From assembly GCA_963703315.1 (NCBI GenBank), contig OY969811.1:2048001-2112000 (forward strand): a DNA stretch of 64,000 nucleotides, written 5' to 3'. This DNA is from an uncultured cyanobacterium (lineage in GTDB: Bacteria; Cyanobacteriota; Cyanobacteriia; Pseudanabaenales; Pseudanabaenaceae). The notes under the pieces were generated by a model. The model saw nothing but the letters and a program-made list of their open reading frames with translations, was not told where the DNA came from and did no database searches. The position numbers and the translations under genes are program-made. Below are positions 34,733 through 47,480 of this stretch, piece by piece (positions within the stretch are counted from its first letter, which is position 1; each line of letters opens with the position of its first letter).

Positions 34733-36733
34733 ATGCGTATAAACTTGCTCGTATTCACAGCCATTGCCGCATCCAGCACGTTACTGACAAATCCTCTGCT
34801 GGCAAAGGCTGCCCCTGCAAGGCAAGAGGTCACTTCAGCGCCAACCTCGCCGCCCATCACTCCGCCCACTACACCTAAAGTTCTTGCCCAGCAAACTACG
34901 CCTAATCCGCAAGATAACCCTTCTACTCTTCCTAGTAGCACACCAACCCCGCCACCTACATCCGATGTTCAAGTATTGGTTGGAGAGGTTGCAATTAAAA
35001 CGCCAGAAGGACAGCCACCTCTCCCCCCTGAGCTTGAGCAAAAAGTCTATGACGCGATCGCCACTAAACCAGGACGGACAGTAACCCGAACTCAGCTACA
35101 ATCCGATATCAATGCTGTATTTGCCACAGGTTTCTTCTCTAATGTCCAAGCTGAGCCAGAAGATACAGATGTTGGTGTGCGCGTCACTTTCTTTGTATTA
35201 CCGAACCCTGTCCTCAAATCCGTTAACGCTGAAGGCGCAAAAGTACTAGAACAAAGTGTGATTGACCGCATCTTTGGTTCACAAATTGGCAAAGTCACTA
35301 ACCTGAAAGATATCCAAGCAGGTGTTAAAGAACTTGAAAAGTATTATCAAGATAAGGGTTACGTCCTAGCACAAATTGTTGATATTAAAGCCACTCCTGA
35401 AGGAAATATTAACTTAGTCGTATCTGAGGGCGTGATTGAAGGTATCAAAGTTGCCTTTATCAACGAGGAAGGTAAAACTGTCGATAAAGATGGTAAGCCA
35501 GTCACAGGCAATACTCGCGACTTTATCATTACTCGTGAACTCTCGATTAAAGAAGGCGAGATTTTTAATCGCGAGACAGTTCAGGGAGATTTGCAGAAAG
35601 TTTTTGCGCTGGGGTTATTTGAAGATCTCAACATTGGTCTTGCCCCGGGGACTGACCCCCGTAAAGTGGTGGTCACGGTCAATGTCAAAGAGCGGAATAC
35701 AGGTTCGATCGCCGCAGGTGCAGGTCTAAGCTCATCGACTGGCTTATTTGGTACGGTTAGTTTTCAACAACAAAACTTGGGTGGTAATAACCAAAAACTT
35801 GGCTTAGATGTCCAAGTCGGTGAGCGCGAATTACTATTTGACCTCAACTTTACCGATCCTTGGCTCGCTGGCGATCCCTATCGCACCTCATTTACTGCCA
35901 ATATTTTTAATCGTAGTTTGTTTAGCTATATTTTTGATAATCCGATTGGTATTGGACCGAATAATGTCAATCCTCGGATCAATCGACTTGGTACAGGTTT
36001 TAGTTTCTCTCGACCCTTGGGCAATGCCACAACTGCATCTTTAGGTTTACGCTACGAACGGGTCAGCATCACCAATAACGATACCAATGTTATTTCGCCA
36101 ACTGACTCACTAGGCAATCAACTCTCTGCTAGTGGTACGGGACAAGACGACTTACTGTTGCTGCAATTTGCCTATGCCACAGATCAAAGAGACAATCCAC
36201 TGAAGCCATCGTCTGGTTCAGTATTTCGGATTGCGACGGAACAATCTATCCCCATTGGCTTGGGTTCAGTGTTCTTAAACCGAGTTCGTGCTAGCTATAG
36301 CTATTTTATTCCTGTTAATTTCTTGAAATTCTCTGAAGGCACTCAAACCCTTGCCTTTAATATTCAAGGCGGCACGGTACTCGGTACGCTGCCACCTTAT
36401 GAAGCGTTTCAACTTGGTGGTAGCAACTCCGTACGCGGCTGGGATGAAGGCAAAATCGGTAGCGGACGTAGCTTTGGCATATTTTCAGCAGAATATCGCT
36501 TCCCTGTCTTCAACATTGTTGGTGGCGTATTGTTCTTTGACTATGGTACTGATTTAGGCTCAGCAGCATCAGTTCCAGGGAATCCTGCGGGCGTGAGAAA
36601 TAAACCAGGTAGTGGTGCTGGCTATGGCATCGGCATACGGGTGCAGTCGCCTTTAGGTGCTATCCGCGTTGACTATGGCTTAGCGTCTAATGGTGGTACA
36701 CAGTTTAGCTTTGGTTTAGGAGAAAAATTCTAG
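34733..36733 (+). CDS. bamA: Omp85/BamA outer-membrane assembly factor
   Basis: Signal peptide, Pro-rich linker, POTRA domains, 'GG.NSVRGW', 'SPLG.IR.DYG', terminal F. Confidence 0.92.
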   Translation: MRINLLVFTAIAASSTLLTNPLLAKAAPARQEVTSAPTSPPITPPTTPKVLAQQTTPNPQDNPSTLPSSTPTPPPTSDVQVLVGEVAIKTPEGQPPLPPELEQKVYDAIATKPGRTVTRTQLQSDINAVFATGFFSNVQAEPEDTDVGVRVTFFVLPNPVLKSVNAEGAKVLEQSVIDRIFGSQIGKVTNLKDIQAGVKELEKYYQDKGYVLAQIVDIKATPEGNINLVVSEGVIEGIKVAFINEEGKTVDKDGKPVTGNTRDFIITRELSIKEGEIFNRETVQGDLQKVFALGLFEDLNIGLAPGTDPRKVVVTVNVKERNTGSIAAGAGLSSSTGLFGTVSFQQQNLGGNNQKLGLDVQVGERELLFDLNFTDPWLAGDPYRTSFTANIFNRSLFSYIFDNPIGIGPNNVNPRINRLGTGFSFSRPLGNATTASLGLRYERVSITNNDTNVISPTDSLGNQLSASGTGQDDLLLLQFAYATDQRDNPLKPSSGSVFRIATEQSIPIGLGSVFLNRVRASYSYFIPVNFLKFSEGTQTLAFNIQGGTVLGTLPPYEAFQLGGSNSVRGWDEGKIGSGRSFGIFSAEYRFPVFNIVGGVLFFDYGTDLGSAASVPGNPAGVRNKPGSGAGYGIGIRVQSPLGAIRVDYGLASNGGTQFSFGLGEKF

Positions 36734-36735
36734 CC

Positions 36736-37569
36736 ATGCTTTACCAACAGACGATCGCCGCCCCATTTTCTCTATCGGGGATTGGGTTACACAGTGGCGA
36801 GCAAGTTGCTGTGACTGTCAGCCCTGCTCCAATTCACTCAGGGCGACATTTTATCTATGGCGGGGCAAAAATTCCTGCGGATACGACTGTAGCTTCGGCT
36901 TCGCAGCTATCGACGGAGCTACGCCAAAATGGTACGGGTGTTCGCACAGTTGAGCATTTGCTGTCAGCTTTGTTTGGTATGGGTGTACATAATGCCTGTA
37001 TTCAACTTGATCGCCCTGAGTTACCGATTCTAGATGGTTCCGCTTTACCTTGGGTGGAGGCGATCGCCAAAGTTGGTATCGAAACACAGGTGGAGGGTGA
37101 TTTACTGATGCCTCTAGAGGAAACCGTCACCGTACGCAAAGGTGATAGCTTTGTCACGGCAATTCCTGCGGACACCTTGCGCTTTACCTATGGAATTGAG
37201 TTTCCGACTAAGGCGATCGGTGAGCAGTGGTTTAGCTGGTCGCCAACTATTGCTAATTTTTCTGAGCAGTTTGCAAGGGAAATTGCTCCTGCAAGGACTT
37301 TTACCCTTGCAGCCTATATCGAACAAGCACGTGCCGCAGGTTTAATCAAGGGGGGCAGTCTCGATAATGCGATCGTTTGTGATGGCGATCGCTGGATCAA
37401 TCCACCCCTACGTTTTGATAATGAACCATGTCGTCATAAACTTTTAGATCTCATTGGTGACCTAAGCTTGCTAGGATTCTTACCGAGGGCGCATATTTTG
37501 GCATACAAAGCCAGTCACCATCTTCATGCCGAATTTGCGATCGCCTTAGCTGCTAAGCAAAGTCTCTAG
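36736..37569 (+). CDS. lpxC: UDP-3-O-acyl-GlcNAc deacetylase
   Basis: 'GIGLHSG', 'TVEHLLSAL', 'RHKLLDLIGDL'. Confidence 0.96.
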   Translation: MLYQQTIAAPFSLSGIGLHSGEQVAVTVSPAPIHSGRHFIYGGAKIPADTTVASASQLSTELRQNGTGVRTVEHLLSALFGMGVHNACIQLDRPELPILDGSALPWVEAIAKVGIETQVEGDLLMPLEETVTVRKGDSFVTAIPADTLRFTYGIEFPTKAIGEQWFSWSPTIANFSEQFAREIAPARTFTLAAYIEQARAAGLIKGGSLDNAIVCDGDRWINPPLRFDNEPCRHKLLDLIGDLSLLGFLPRAHILAYKASHHLHAEFAIALAAKQSL

Positions 37570-37637
37570 AAGTTAGTACTAGCAACACCAATAGCTGCTA
37601 ATACTAGCCCTAAAACACCGAAAATTAATACTCATAT

Positions 37638-38153
37638 ATGTCAACCTTGACCCAAGAAACCACCATAAATAGCGCTGATCTCAACCCTGAAATTAACTCT
37701 GATAGTGCCAGTACTTCTAGTCAAATTTTGATGATCGAAGATATTCAGAAATTGTTACCCCACCGTTATCCATTTCTGTTAGTTGATCGCATTATCAATT
37801 TTGTGCCGAACAAATCTGCCACAGGAATTAAAAATGTCACTTTTAATGAACCATTTTTTCAAGGGCATTTTCCTGAACGCCCCATTATGCCTGGGGTATT
37901 GATTGTTGAGGCAATGGCACAGGTCGGTGGCATTGTCTTAAGGCATTTACCAGGAATGGAAGACCAACTGTCACTATTTGCAGGTATTGATAAAGTCCGC
38001 TTTCGTCGTCCTGTAGTTCCTGGCGATCGCTTGACAATTACCACCGAGTTGCTAGTTGCACGCAAGCGTTTTGGTAAGATGCATGGACGTGCAGAAGTCG
38101 ATGGTCAAATAGCCTGTGAAGGTGAATTGATGTTTTCATTAGTTAATCTTTAA
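37638..38153 (+). CDS. fabZ: 3-hydroxyacyl-ACP dehydratase
   Basis: '[11 protein letters not shown]', '[18 protein letters not shown]'. Confidence 0.97.
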   Translation: MSTLTQETTINSADLNPEINSDSASTSSQILMIEDIQKLLPHRYPFLLVDRIINFVPNKSATGIKNVTFNEPFFQGHFPERPIMPGVLIVEAMAQVGGIVLRHLPGMEDQLSLFAGIDKVRFRRPVVPGDRLTITTELLVARKRFGKMHGRAEVDGQIACEGELMFSLVNL

Positions 38154-38260
38154 TTTTTATTAGGGTACGTTCTGCCCTGATAGAACATTCATTTTGTTAT
38201 CTGGCGATCCAAGCGATCGCAAACTAAGCGATCTATAGTATCAAGCGAGCCAAACTTTTT

Positions 38261-39079
38261 ATGCCTGTGTCTCATGCGCCTGTGTCTGAATTTATTCACC
38301 CGACAGCCATAGTGCATCCTGATGCCCAACTACATCCGACGGTCAAAGTCGGAGCTTATGCTGTCATCGGTGAGCAGGTGAAAATTGGCGCTCATACTGT
38401 CATCGGACATCATGCCATTGTCGAAGGAAGAACTGAAATCGGCGATCGAAACCAAATCTATCCAGGGGCGGCGATCGGTTTAGATTCTCAAGACTTGAAA
38501 TATTTGGGCGCAGATAGCCTTGTCAAAATTGGTAATGACAATCGGATTCGTGAATATGTAACGATTAATCGTGCTAATGAAGCCACTGAAGTGACAGCGA
38601 TCGGTAATGGTAATTTACTGATGGCTTATGTCCATGTCGGGCATAATTGCGAAATTGAGGATCATGTGATTGTTGCTAATGGGGTTGCCCTAGCAGGTCA
38701 TGTCCACATTGAGTCCCACGCTAGAATCAGTGGCGTACTGGGCGTACATCAGTTTGTGCGAATTGGTCGTTTATCGATGATCGGTGGGATGAGTCGCATT
38801 GAGCGTGATGTGCCTCCTTATACTCTGGTTGAGGGCAATCCATCCCGTGTGCGAACCCTAAACCGCGTGGGACTAGATCGGGCTGGCTTAGACGCACAAA
38901 CTCAGCAATTGCTGAAAGGAGCATTTCGATTGCTTTACCATCAAGATCTCACCCTCGTTGAAGCCCTTGAGAAACTAGTTACCTTCGCTGACAATACGCA
39001 CGTCCAGCACCTACGCCAATTTTTACAAGATTCGATCACTATCTCTGGAAGGCGTGGACCCATTCCCTGTCGTTCCTAA
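38261..39079 (+). CDS. lpxA: UDP-GlcNAc O-acyltransferase
   Basis: Hexapeptide repeats, 'QDLKY', 'MAYVHVGHNC', 'HQF'. Confidence 0.96.
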   Translation: MPVSHAPVSEFIHPTAIVHPDAQLHPTVKVGAYAVIGEQVKIGAHTVIGHHAIVEGRTEIGDRNQIYPGAAIGLDSQDLKYLGADSLVKIGNDNRIREYVTINRANEATEVTAIGNGNLLMAYVHVGHNCEIEDHVIVANGVALAGHVHIESHARISGVLGVHQFVRIGRLSMIGGMSRIERDVPPYTLVEGNPSRVRTLNRVGLDRAGLDAQTQQLLKGAFRLLYHQDLTLVEALEKLVTFADNTHVQHLRQFLQDSITISGRRGPIPCRS

Positions 39080-39439
39080 AAATAAAGACGGTGCAAAGCA
39101 CCGTCTTTATTTTTAAGCTGATAGCGATCGCCAATACATACAAATGGGTAAGCTTTGAAGTATGAAGGTTACGGGAAAAAACATTGTTCTAACTTGTATA
39201 GCAAAGTCAAGTTTTGCTGAGGACATAAAACCAGAAGATGAGTTGCGGCGCGAAGCGCCGCAACTCATCTTCTGGGGTTTGGATTTCTACTAGCTAACTC
39301 TTACTTGGCTATATCTGTAATCTCATACATAAGCATGAATAATGTTCTACCCATCCTACTATCCAAAGCATTTATGTTAAGATTAGTAAAGTAAATGCTT
39401 TGAACCTACATACTCTAATTTGAGAGAGCGTTTGGTGAA

Positions 39440-39767
39440 TATGTCAATTAACAGCACTGGATTTGGCGGGGAAAACTCATATATCGGAAGTTCTCACTCT
39501 AAAGTACATTTCGACCTACTCAAGCCTTTACGCAACAAGCTCGACAACTTTGAAATTCAAACATCGCACACAGCCCATCTGATCGCCAAACTAATTCCTG
39601 CACAATGCCCTTTTGAGCGCACCATTAAAATCTTTGGTCAGGCGATCGTTCATATCCCACCCCTTTGTAAACTCAATCCTCTGTACGACGAATTTGTGAG
39701 CCTCAGATTTCGCGCTTTATGCTTTCTAGTCGATCGCTGTGGTGAAGATATTAGCTCCTATTGCTAA
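39440..39767 (+). CDS. Mo-dependent nitrogenase C-terminal domain protein
   Basis: 'IPAQCPFER', 'IPPLCKLNPLY', 'LRFRAL'. Confidence 0.85.
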
Positions 39768-39855
39768 AAACTTCTTTCTTTTTTCATTCAGCGTAAAGCG
39801 TTGTATCTCTAAAAAATAAATGATGTAAGCTTGTCTTACGTCATTTATTTTTTAG

Positions 39856-41139
39856 ATGCAGAGTTTTATGACCAAAAAAATGCAGTGGATATGGCGATCG
39901 CTGATTGCTTTTTTTGTGACTAGTTTGATCGTGTTTACAGCGATCGCTCTACAGCCTAGTCAAGCGGCGATCGCGCCATTACCCGATCCCTATCTCACCT
40001 CTGGCAAACTAGCAGAAGGTGAAAAAGTTTTCATGGATTATTTGCAAACTAATGGCAAGGATGACAAAACTCGCTTTGGATTAGGCGTAATTCAGTTTAT
40101 GCGCGGTACGGAACGACTAATGCAGTCGCTCTATCGCTATGGCATGATTCAGACTCCTGCTAATGGAGCGATTCCATTCCTGCGTTTGCCTGTTCCTCAA
40201 AATCCCAAGCCGCAAACTCTCACTTATGATGGACTCCAGCAAGTTTTTCAGACATGGATTGATGATCTTGCTACTGTTCGGACTACCCTTGAACCAATCA
40301 AAGATCAGAATCTAAAACTAGCATTACGTTTAGGATTAATCCGTTTGGATTTTGATGGCAATGGCAAGGCTGATGACAAAGAAATGTTATGGCAGATTTT
40401 CAACGCGGTGACAGGGGCGAGGATAACTGAAAAAGATGCTCAGCAGTTTTTAATTGCCTTCGATCGCGGTGATGCTCTATGGTTGCAAGGCTACACCCAT
40501 GTATTAGAGGCGATCGCAGAATTTTTGCGTGCCTATGACAGCCGTGAGTTATTTGCTGCTTGCGCCCACTTGTTCTTCCAAAATGTGGATACACCTCATA
40601 AGTTTCTGCTGACAACACGCAGGAAATCACCCGAAGACTATAGTTCCAGTTTCTTTGAAGTTCTCGATTTGGTGTCAGCAGTCCATTTTGCGAGATTTCC
40701 ATTAATAGAACCGCAACGAATGACGACAATTCTCAATCACATGAAATCGGTGATTAGTTTGAGTCGTGAATCTTGGAAATCAATTTTGGCTGAAACAGAT
40801 AGCGATCGCGAATGGATTCCTAATCCTAAGCAAACTTCTGTAATTCCTAATGTACGTGTGACAGAGGAAATGGTGAAATCTTGGTTGCAATCTCTTGATG
40901 AAATTACAGCAATTTTAGATGGAAAGAAGAACATTCCCTTCTGGCGCGATGAAAAATTAAGTATTGATTTTGCCAGAATTTTTACTGAGCCACGAGCCTT
41001 TGATCTAGTGGCATGGTTCCAAGGTACTGCCGCTACGCCCTATCTCGAAAAAGGCGTGATTACCGATATTCGAGTTTGGGATGACATGGTAAATGCTTTT
41101 GGCGGCAATCTATTTAACTTTGTAGTTTGGTTTAACTAA
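39856..41139 (+). CDS. Exported hypothetical protein
   Basis: Signal peptide; EF-hand-like loop DFDGNGKADDKE; C-terminal 'WFN'. Confidence 0.7.
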   Translation: MQSFMTKKMQWIWRSLIAFFVTSLIVFTAIALQPSQAAIAPLPDPYLTSGKLAEGEKVFMDYLQTNGKDDKTRFGLGVIQFMRGTERLMQSLYRYGMIQTPANGAIPFLRLPVPQNPKPQTLTYDGLQQVFQTWIDDLATVRTTLEPIKDQNLKLALRLGLIRLDFDGNGKADDKEMLWQIFNAVTGARITEKDAQQFLIAFDRGDALWLQGYTHVLEAIAEFLRAYDSRELFAACAHLFFQNVDTPHKFLLTTRRKSPEDYSSSFFEVLDLVSAVHFARFPLIEPQRMTTILNHMKSVISLSRESWKSILAETDSDREWIPNPKQTSVIPNVRVTEEMVKSWLQSLDEITAILDGKKNIPFWRDEKLSIDFARIFTEPRAFDLVAWFQGTAATPYLEKGVITDIRVWDDMVNAFGGNLFNFVVWFN

Positions 41140-41190
41140 AATAGAACTACACAAAAGAACGAAATGCAAGAGCAATTCATGAATTACTTC

Positions 41191-41292
41191 TAAGTAGCTC
41201 AGCATAGTTAAAACCCAAAACCAGAGCTTGTGCCGCCCGCTACGCGGGCGGCACAAGCTCTGGTTTTGGGTTTATTTATGCCTAGCTACTTA
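41191..41292. repeat. ~100-bp palindromic element with TAAGTAGCT...AGCTACTTA ends
   Basis: Related copies at 46971-47064, 51017-51115, ~62875-62943 and ~48408-48460. Confidence 0.8.
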
Positions 41293-41435
41293 CGATGAAA
41301 TACGCTTTTCAAGGTAGGCTTGCGTAACTTTTAATATAGCAAGAAGCGAGTGGCGGCGCAAAGCGCCGCCACTCGTCTTCTGGTTTTGGACTGGCGACAG
41401 CTATAAATCTAAGTTTATACAGGAGTAGATACTAT

Positions 41436-42383
41436 ATGCCAAAGGTTAGTGTGATCATTCCTAACTATAACCATGTAAGGTTTATAGAAAAGCGGATTAT
41501 GAGTGTCTTACAACAAACATATCAAAATATTGAGGTTATTTGTTTAGATGATGCCTCAACAGATGGAAGTATCCAAATAATGGCTAAGTTTGAATCTGAT
41601 CCTAGGGTTCAGACAATTTATAATGATGTTAATAGCGGTTCTCCTTTTAAACAGTGGGAAAAGGGTCTGCAAATTGCCAAAGGAGAATATATTTGGATTG
41701 CAGAATCAGACGATTACGCAAATCCAAATTTCTTGGAAACCTTAGTTACGGTTCTCGATCACAATCCAAATGTTGGCTTAGTATACGCTCAGTCTTTAGG
41801 TATTGATGAGAATGATCAATTTATTCGTCATTGGAAAACTTGGACAGATGACTTAGATAGCGATCGCTGGTCACATGACTTTATTAACAGTGGCAAAGAT
41901 GAATGTCAGCAGTACCTAATTTTTAAAAATACAATTCCCAATGCGAGTGCTGTACTTATGAGGCGCTCAATTCTGGATCAAACTGGAAAGATTGATGCAC
42001 AAATGCGCTTAGCTGGAGACTGGTTACTCTGGGCAAAAATTTTGATGATTTCAGATATTGCTTTTATTGCCGAACCTTTAAACAATTTCAGAACGCATAG
42101 TAATGTAGTTAGAAATACAAGTAAGCCGTTTCTAGAATTAGATGAAAGGCTTCAAGTTATTAGTTATATTTCTAAAAAAGTAAATATTCCACATAACTTT
42201 TGGGAAACAGTTTTTGAGCCATCAATAGGATGGTGGATTAGGATGCTATTACGTGGTGAAATCCCATTAAATAAAAATTATCAGATTTATCAATCACTCA
42301 AAAATATTGATCCGCGTATAAACTATCGATTATTTACAATCTTTCTTAAAGCTCTAAAAAACAAGCTCTCCTTACGATTCTAA
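41436..42383 (+). CDS. Glycosyltransferase family 2
   Basis: 'VSVIIPNYN', 'DDASTD', 'IAESDD'. Confidence 0.9.
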   Translation: MPKVSVIIPNYNHVRFIEKRIMSVLQQTYQNIEVICLDDASTDGSIQIMAKFESDPRVQTIYNDVNSGSPFKQWEKGLQIAKGEYIWIAESDDYANPNFLETLVTVLDHNPNVGLVYAQSLGIDENDQFIRHWKTWTDDLDSDRWSHDFINSGKDECQQYLIFKNTIPNASAVLMRRSILDQTGKIDAQMRLAGDWLLWAKILMISDIAFIAEPLNNFRTHSNVVRNTSKPFLELDERLQVISYISKKVNIPHNFWETVFEPSIGWWIRMLLRGEIPLNKNYQIYQSLKNIDPRINYRLFTIFLKALKNKLSLRF

Positions 42384-42386
42384 TAT

Positions 42387-42535
42387 AACGTGAGTTCGGG
42401 TTAAGCTACAAAATTTTAAAAACCAGAACAGTAAAAGCCTCGCAAAGCGAGGCTTTTACTGTTCTGGCTCCTAGAAAGGGTTCGCGTTGCGAACCCTTTC
42501 TAGGAGCCAGTTTAAAATTAACCCGAACTGAGATT
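42387..42535 (+). mobile_element. 149-bp MITE-like element, left copy
   Basis: Ends aacgtgagttcgggttaa...ttaacccgaactgagatt; two internal hairpins. Confidence 0.85.
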
Positions 42536-42625
42536 AAATAATAATTAAGCGATCGGGGGGTAATCCATTATTGGAGCAGACAATATTGTGGTACTTCGGT
42601 CTGGATTTGGATGCGATTTATTTAA

Positions 42626-44815
<2,190 letters not shown>

Positions 44816-44869
44816 TTCTCGGCACATGTCCTCGCGGCGCGATTATTGGCGGCGCGGGAATATGCAAGT

Positions 44870-45018
44870 AACCTTAGCTCGGGTTAATTTTAAACTGGCT
44901 TCTAGAGATGGTTAGCGCGGCAAACCCTCTCTAGAAGCCAAAACAGTGAAAGCCTCGCGAAGCGAGGCTTTCACTGTTTTGGCTCTTAAAATTTTCTAGC
45001 TTAGCCCGAACTCACGTT
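44870..45018 (-). mobile_element. 149-bp MITE-like element, right copy (inverted)
   Basis: Reverse complement aligns end to end with 42387-42535. Confidence 0.85.
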
Positions 45019-45242
45019 AATATAGCAAAACAGAAACAAACTAAAACCCAAGAAGCGATTTGCGGCGCTCCGCGCCGCAAATCGCTTCTTGGGTTTTTTG
45101 TCCTAAGCAAAGCTTTTTTGCTATACCAAAACTAAAAATCCTTACTGGGTTTGTTTTTTAATTCACAAAAGTGTTGTCACACTTTCGTAAATTGGGATAC
45201 TACGAACATAAAGAAAGTGCAGCGCTTTGCGCTGCACTTTCT

Positions 45243-46862
45243 TTAACCATAAGGACGGGGATAGGGCTTTAACATTGGGGAAGCGCGATAGACTGGAAAA
45301 ATCTGTACCGTTTGACCACCGCGCTTAATGGGGATATCAGCAATCTTTTCTAGAGATTGGAAATAACCTTTGTACTTATCTGAAGGTTGTGGAAAACGGT
45401 CGGCTTCCGAAAATAGTTCTGAAGTGATATAAAGCGAAGTTTTACCAACAAAGTCTTGAGCTTTACTCCAATAGGCAAAGCCGCGCAAATCGCCATCAAA
45501 ACAAGTAATTTTTTTGCCCAATGGCTCGATCGCCATGCCCACTTGACCTGCCACAAAGAAATTATTACTAAATACAAAATCGGCTTTTGCAAGTTCTGCT
45601 TTGAGTGTTGGTGAATCCACAAATGCTTGGCGCAACTGCACGATATCAATCATTTGTGTCGAAGGATCATCCTTTGCTTCCCAAAATCCACCAGCGATCG
45701 CCGCCTCACCACCTTTCTGCACAATGCCTAAATGGACATGAAGCAATCCCACTAACAACAGCCCTAAAATCGTCACACCTGATCCCCAAAGCCAACCGCG
45801 AATAAATTGAGGGCGTTTTACCTGTACCAGTGCGGCGCGTTCACCTAACAAAAGTGTTGCTCCAAAAAATCCCGGCATATGCCATGAGGGCAAGATTTGA
45901 ATAAAGCCGCCCATAAATGTGAATCCAAAGAAAATCGGTACTGATACACAGAGAATCAATAACCGCTTTTCATGCAAAAGTTTTAGGGCGATCGCCGCCT
46001 CATCAATTTCGGTAGTTTCTTTTGGAGCAATTACTGCTTGGAGTAATTCTCCCACTGTCCCAAAGCTTGTCCACCATAGAGGAAATCCGAAAGTTGGGAA
46101 GAGATAGGCGATCGCTAATAAAAACGTTACTAATAATTGTTCTAAGTTATAAACCTTCGATGGGACTGCTCGCCCACTCTGAAATCGGAATGAGGCAAAT
46201 TCATGCTGGGCGTTCCAAAATACGACAGGAAAAATGGCGATGATAAATAAAGCGATCGCGGCTAATGTCCATCCAGAGAATAATGCTTTCCGATGACGAG
46301 AGCTAAGTAAGCAAAATAGGACTAGTCCACCACCGAGCAGTAAAGCATGATATTTACCTAAAAAGGCTAATCCCACGCATAAGCCAATGAGTGCTAGACG
46401 GTAGGTTGGTTGATAGGATTTTGGATCATCAGAGGCAAAAAATTCCGTTGCCGCAAGATATAAACAGATTGACCAGAAAAACATCAAAGCGTTATCAGGC
46501 AATGTGAGGATGCCAAATGCAACTTGAAAGATGGGAATTGTAGTCAAAATCGCTAAAGTCAGCGTTGCGGTGCGATCGCCAAATAGCTTTTTACTAGCAA
46601 GATAAGAAAAAAGTAATGTGCCTGTGTATAGTAAAACGCCGCCAATCCGAATCGTAAAGGGCGTGACTATACCTGTAAGCCAAACACCCAAACCTGTTGT
46701 CAAGGCTACAAGTGGTGGATGATCGAAATAACTCCAGTTGAGGTTTTGTGTATATAGGTAATAGTAAGCTTCATCAAAGCCCGTATTAAGATAGCCAGCA
46801 CACACAACCCTGAAGAGGAATCCCCACAATAATATGGCGATCGCCCACTTATGAATTTTCAC
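45243..46862 (-). CDS. Glycosyltransferase family 39 (ArnT/PMT-like) membrane protein
   Basis: 'DEAYY', 'SYFDHPP', 'GKY', many TM helices. Confidence 0.88.
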   Translation of the reverse strand: MKIHKWAIAILLWGFLFRVVCAGYLNTGFDEAYYYLYTQNLNWSYFDHPPLVALTTGLGVWLTGIVTPFTIRIGGVLLYTGTLLFSYLASKKLFGDRTATLTLAILTTIPIFQVAFGILTLPDNALMFFWSICLYLAATEFFASDDPKSYQPTYRLALIGLCVGLAFLGKYHALLLGGGLVLFCLLSSRHRKALFSGWTLAAIALFIIAIFPVVFWNAQHEFASFRFQSGRAVPSKVYNLEQLLVTFLLAIAYLFPTFGFPLWWTSFGTVGELLQAVIAPKETTEIDEAAIALKLLHEKRLLILCVSVPIFFGFTFMGGFIQILPSWHMPGFFGATLLLGERAALVQVKRPQFIRGWLWGSGVTILGLLLVGLLHVHLGIVQKGGEAAIAGGFWEAKDDPSTQMIDIVQLRQAFVDSPTLKAELAKADFVFSNNFFVAGQVGMAIEPLGKKITCFDGDLRGFAYWSKAQDFVGKTSLYITSELFSEADRFPQPSDKYKGYFQSLEKIADIPIKRGGQTVQIFPVYRASPMLKPYPRPYG

Positions 46863-47122
46863 TCTAAATTCCTTTAACTAATGTCCAAATAAATTTTGAA
46901 AAGCCTTGCTTTGTAAGGCTTTTCAAAATTTATGCAGTTATAAATAGCCATATTATCGTAACTCAAATGATAGTAGAGGCAATTAAATATAAAACCTCAA
47001 AACCTGTGGCGATCGCTGCGCGATCGCTACAGGTTTTGAGGTTTTAATTATGCCCAGCTACTTACTATCAATTGCTATATAATTCGGCATGATGACATGA
47101 AATTTAGACGGAGTAGATTGCA

Positions 47123-47386
47123 ATGGCGAGAGAACCCAAAAAGCCTAATGAATATATCGTGCATTTAAAGCTAGAAGGTGGACAAGAAGTTACAACTAAA
47201 TTTATGACTATTGAAGAAGTCAAAACTTGGTATGCCTCGCAGTTTAAGGCAAAAGCAAATGAAGATGATCTGATGCCTATTCCTGTACGAGCCGAACTAA
47301 ATGAAATTTTACTAGTTCGTCCTAAGAGAGTTATTGCTATTCATGTTGAGCCGATCTACTCCTCTAGCGTTGAGATGTTTTCATAA
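47123..47386 (+). CDS. Small hypothetical protein
   Basis: 87-aa ORF with upstream GGAG RBS. Confidence 0.65.
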   Translation: MAREPKKPNEYIVHLKLEGGQEVTTKFMTIEEVKTWYASQFKAKANEDDLMPIPVRAELNEILLVRPKRVIAIHVEPIYSSSVEMFS

Positions 47387-47480
47387 TTGATATAGCTCCG
47401 CCAATCTCTTAGTTTTACTTATATTAATAGGGGAGAGCGCGATGCGCTCTCCCCTATTAATTTTATGTAATTAAACTTCA

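Noticed and set aside
39440..39767. Nitrogenase-named domain as evidence of N2 fixation
   Set aside because: The domain is common in non-diazotrophic cyanobacteria and there are no nif genes here
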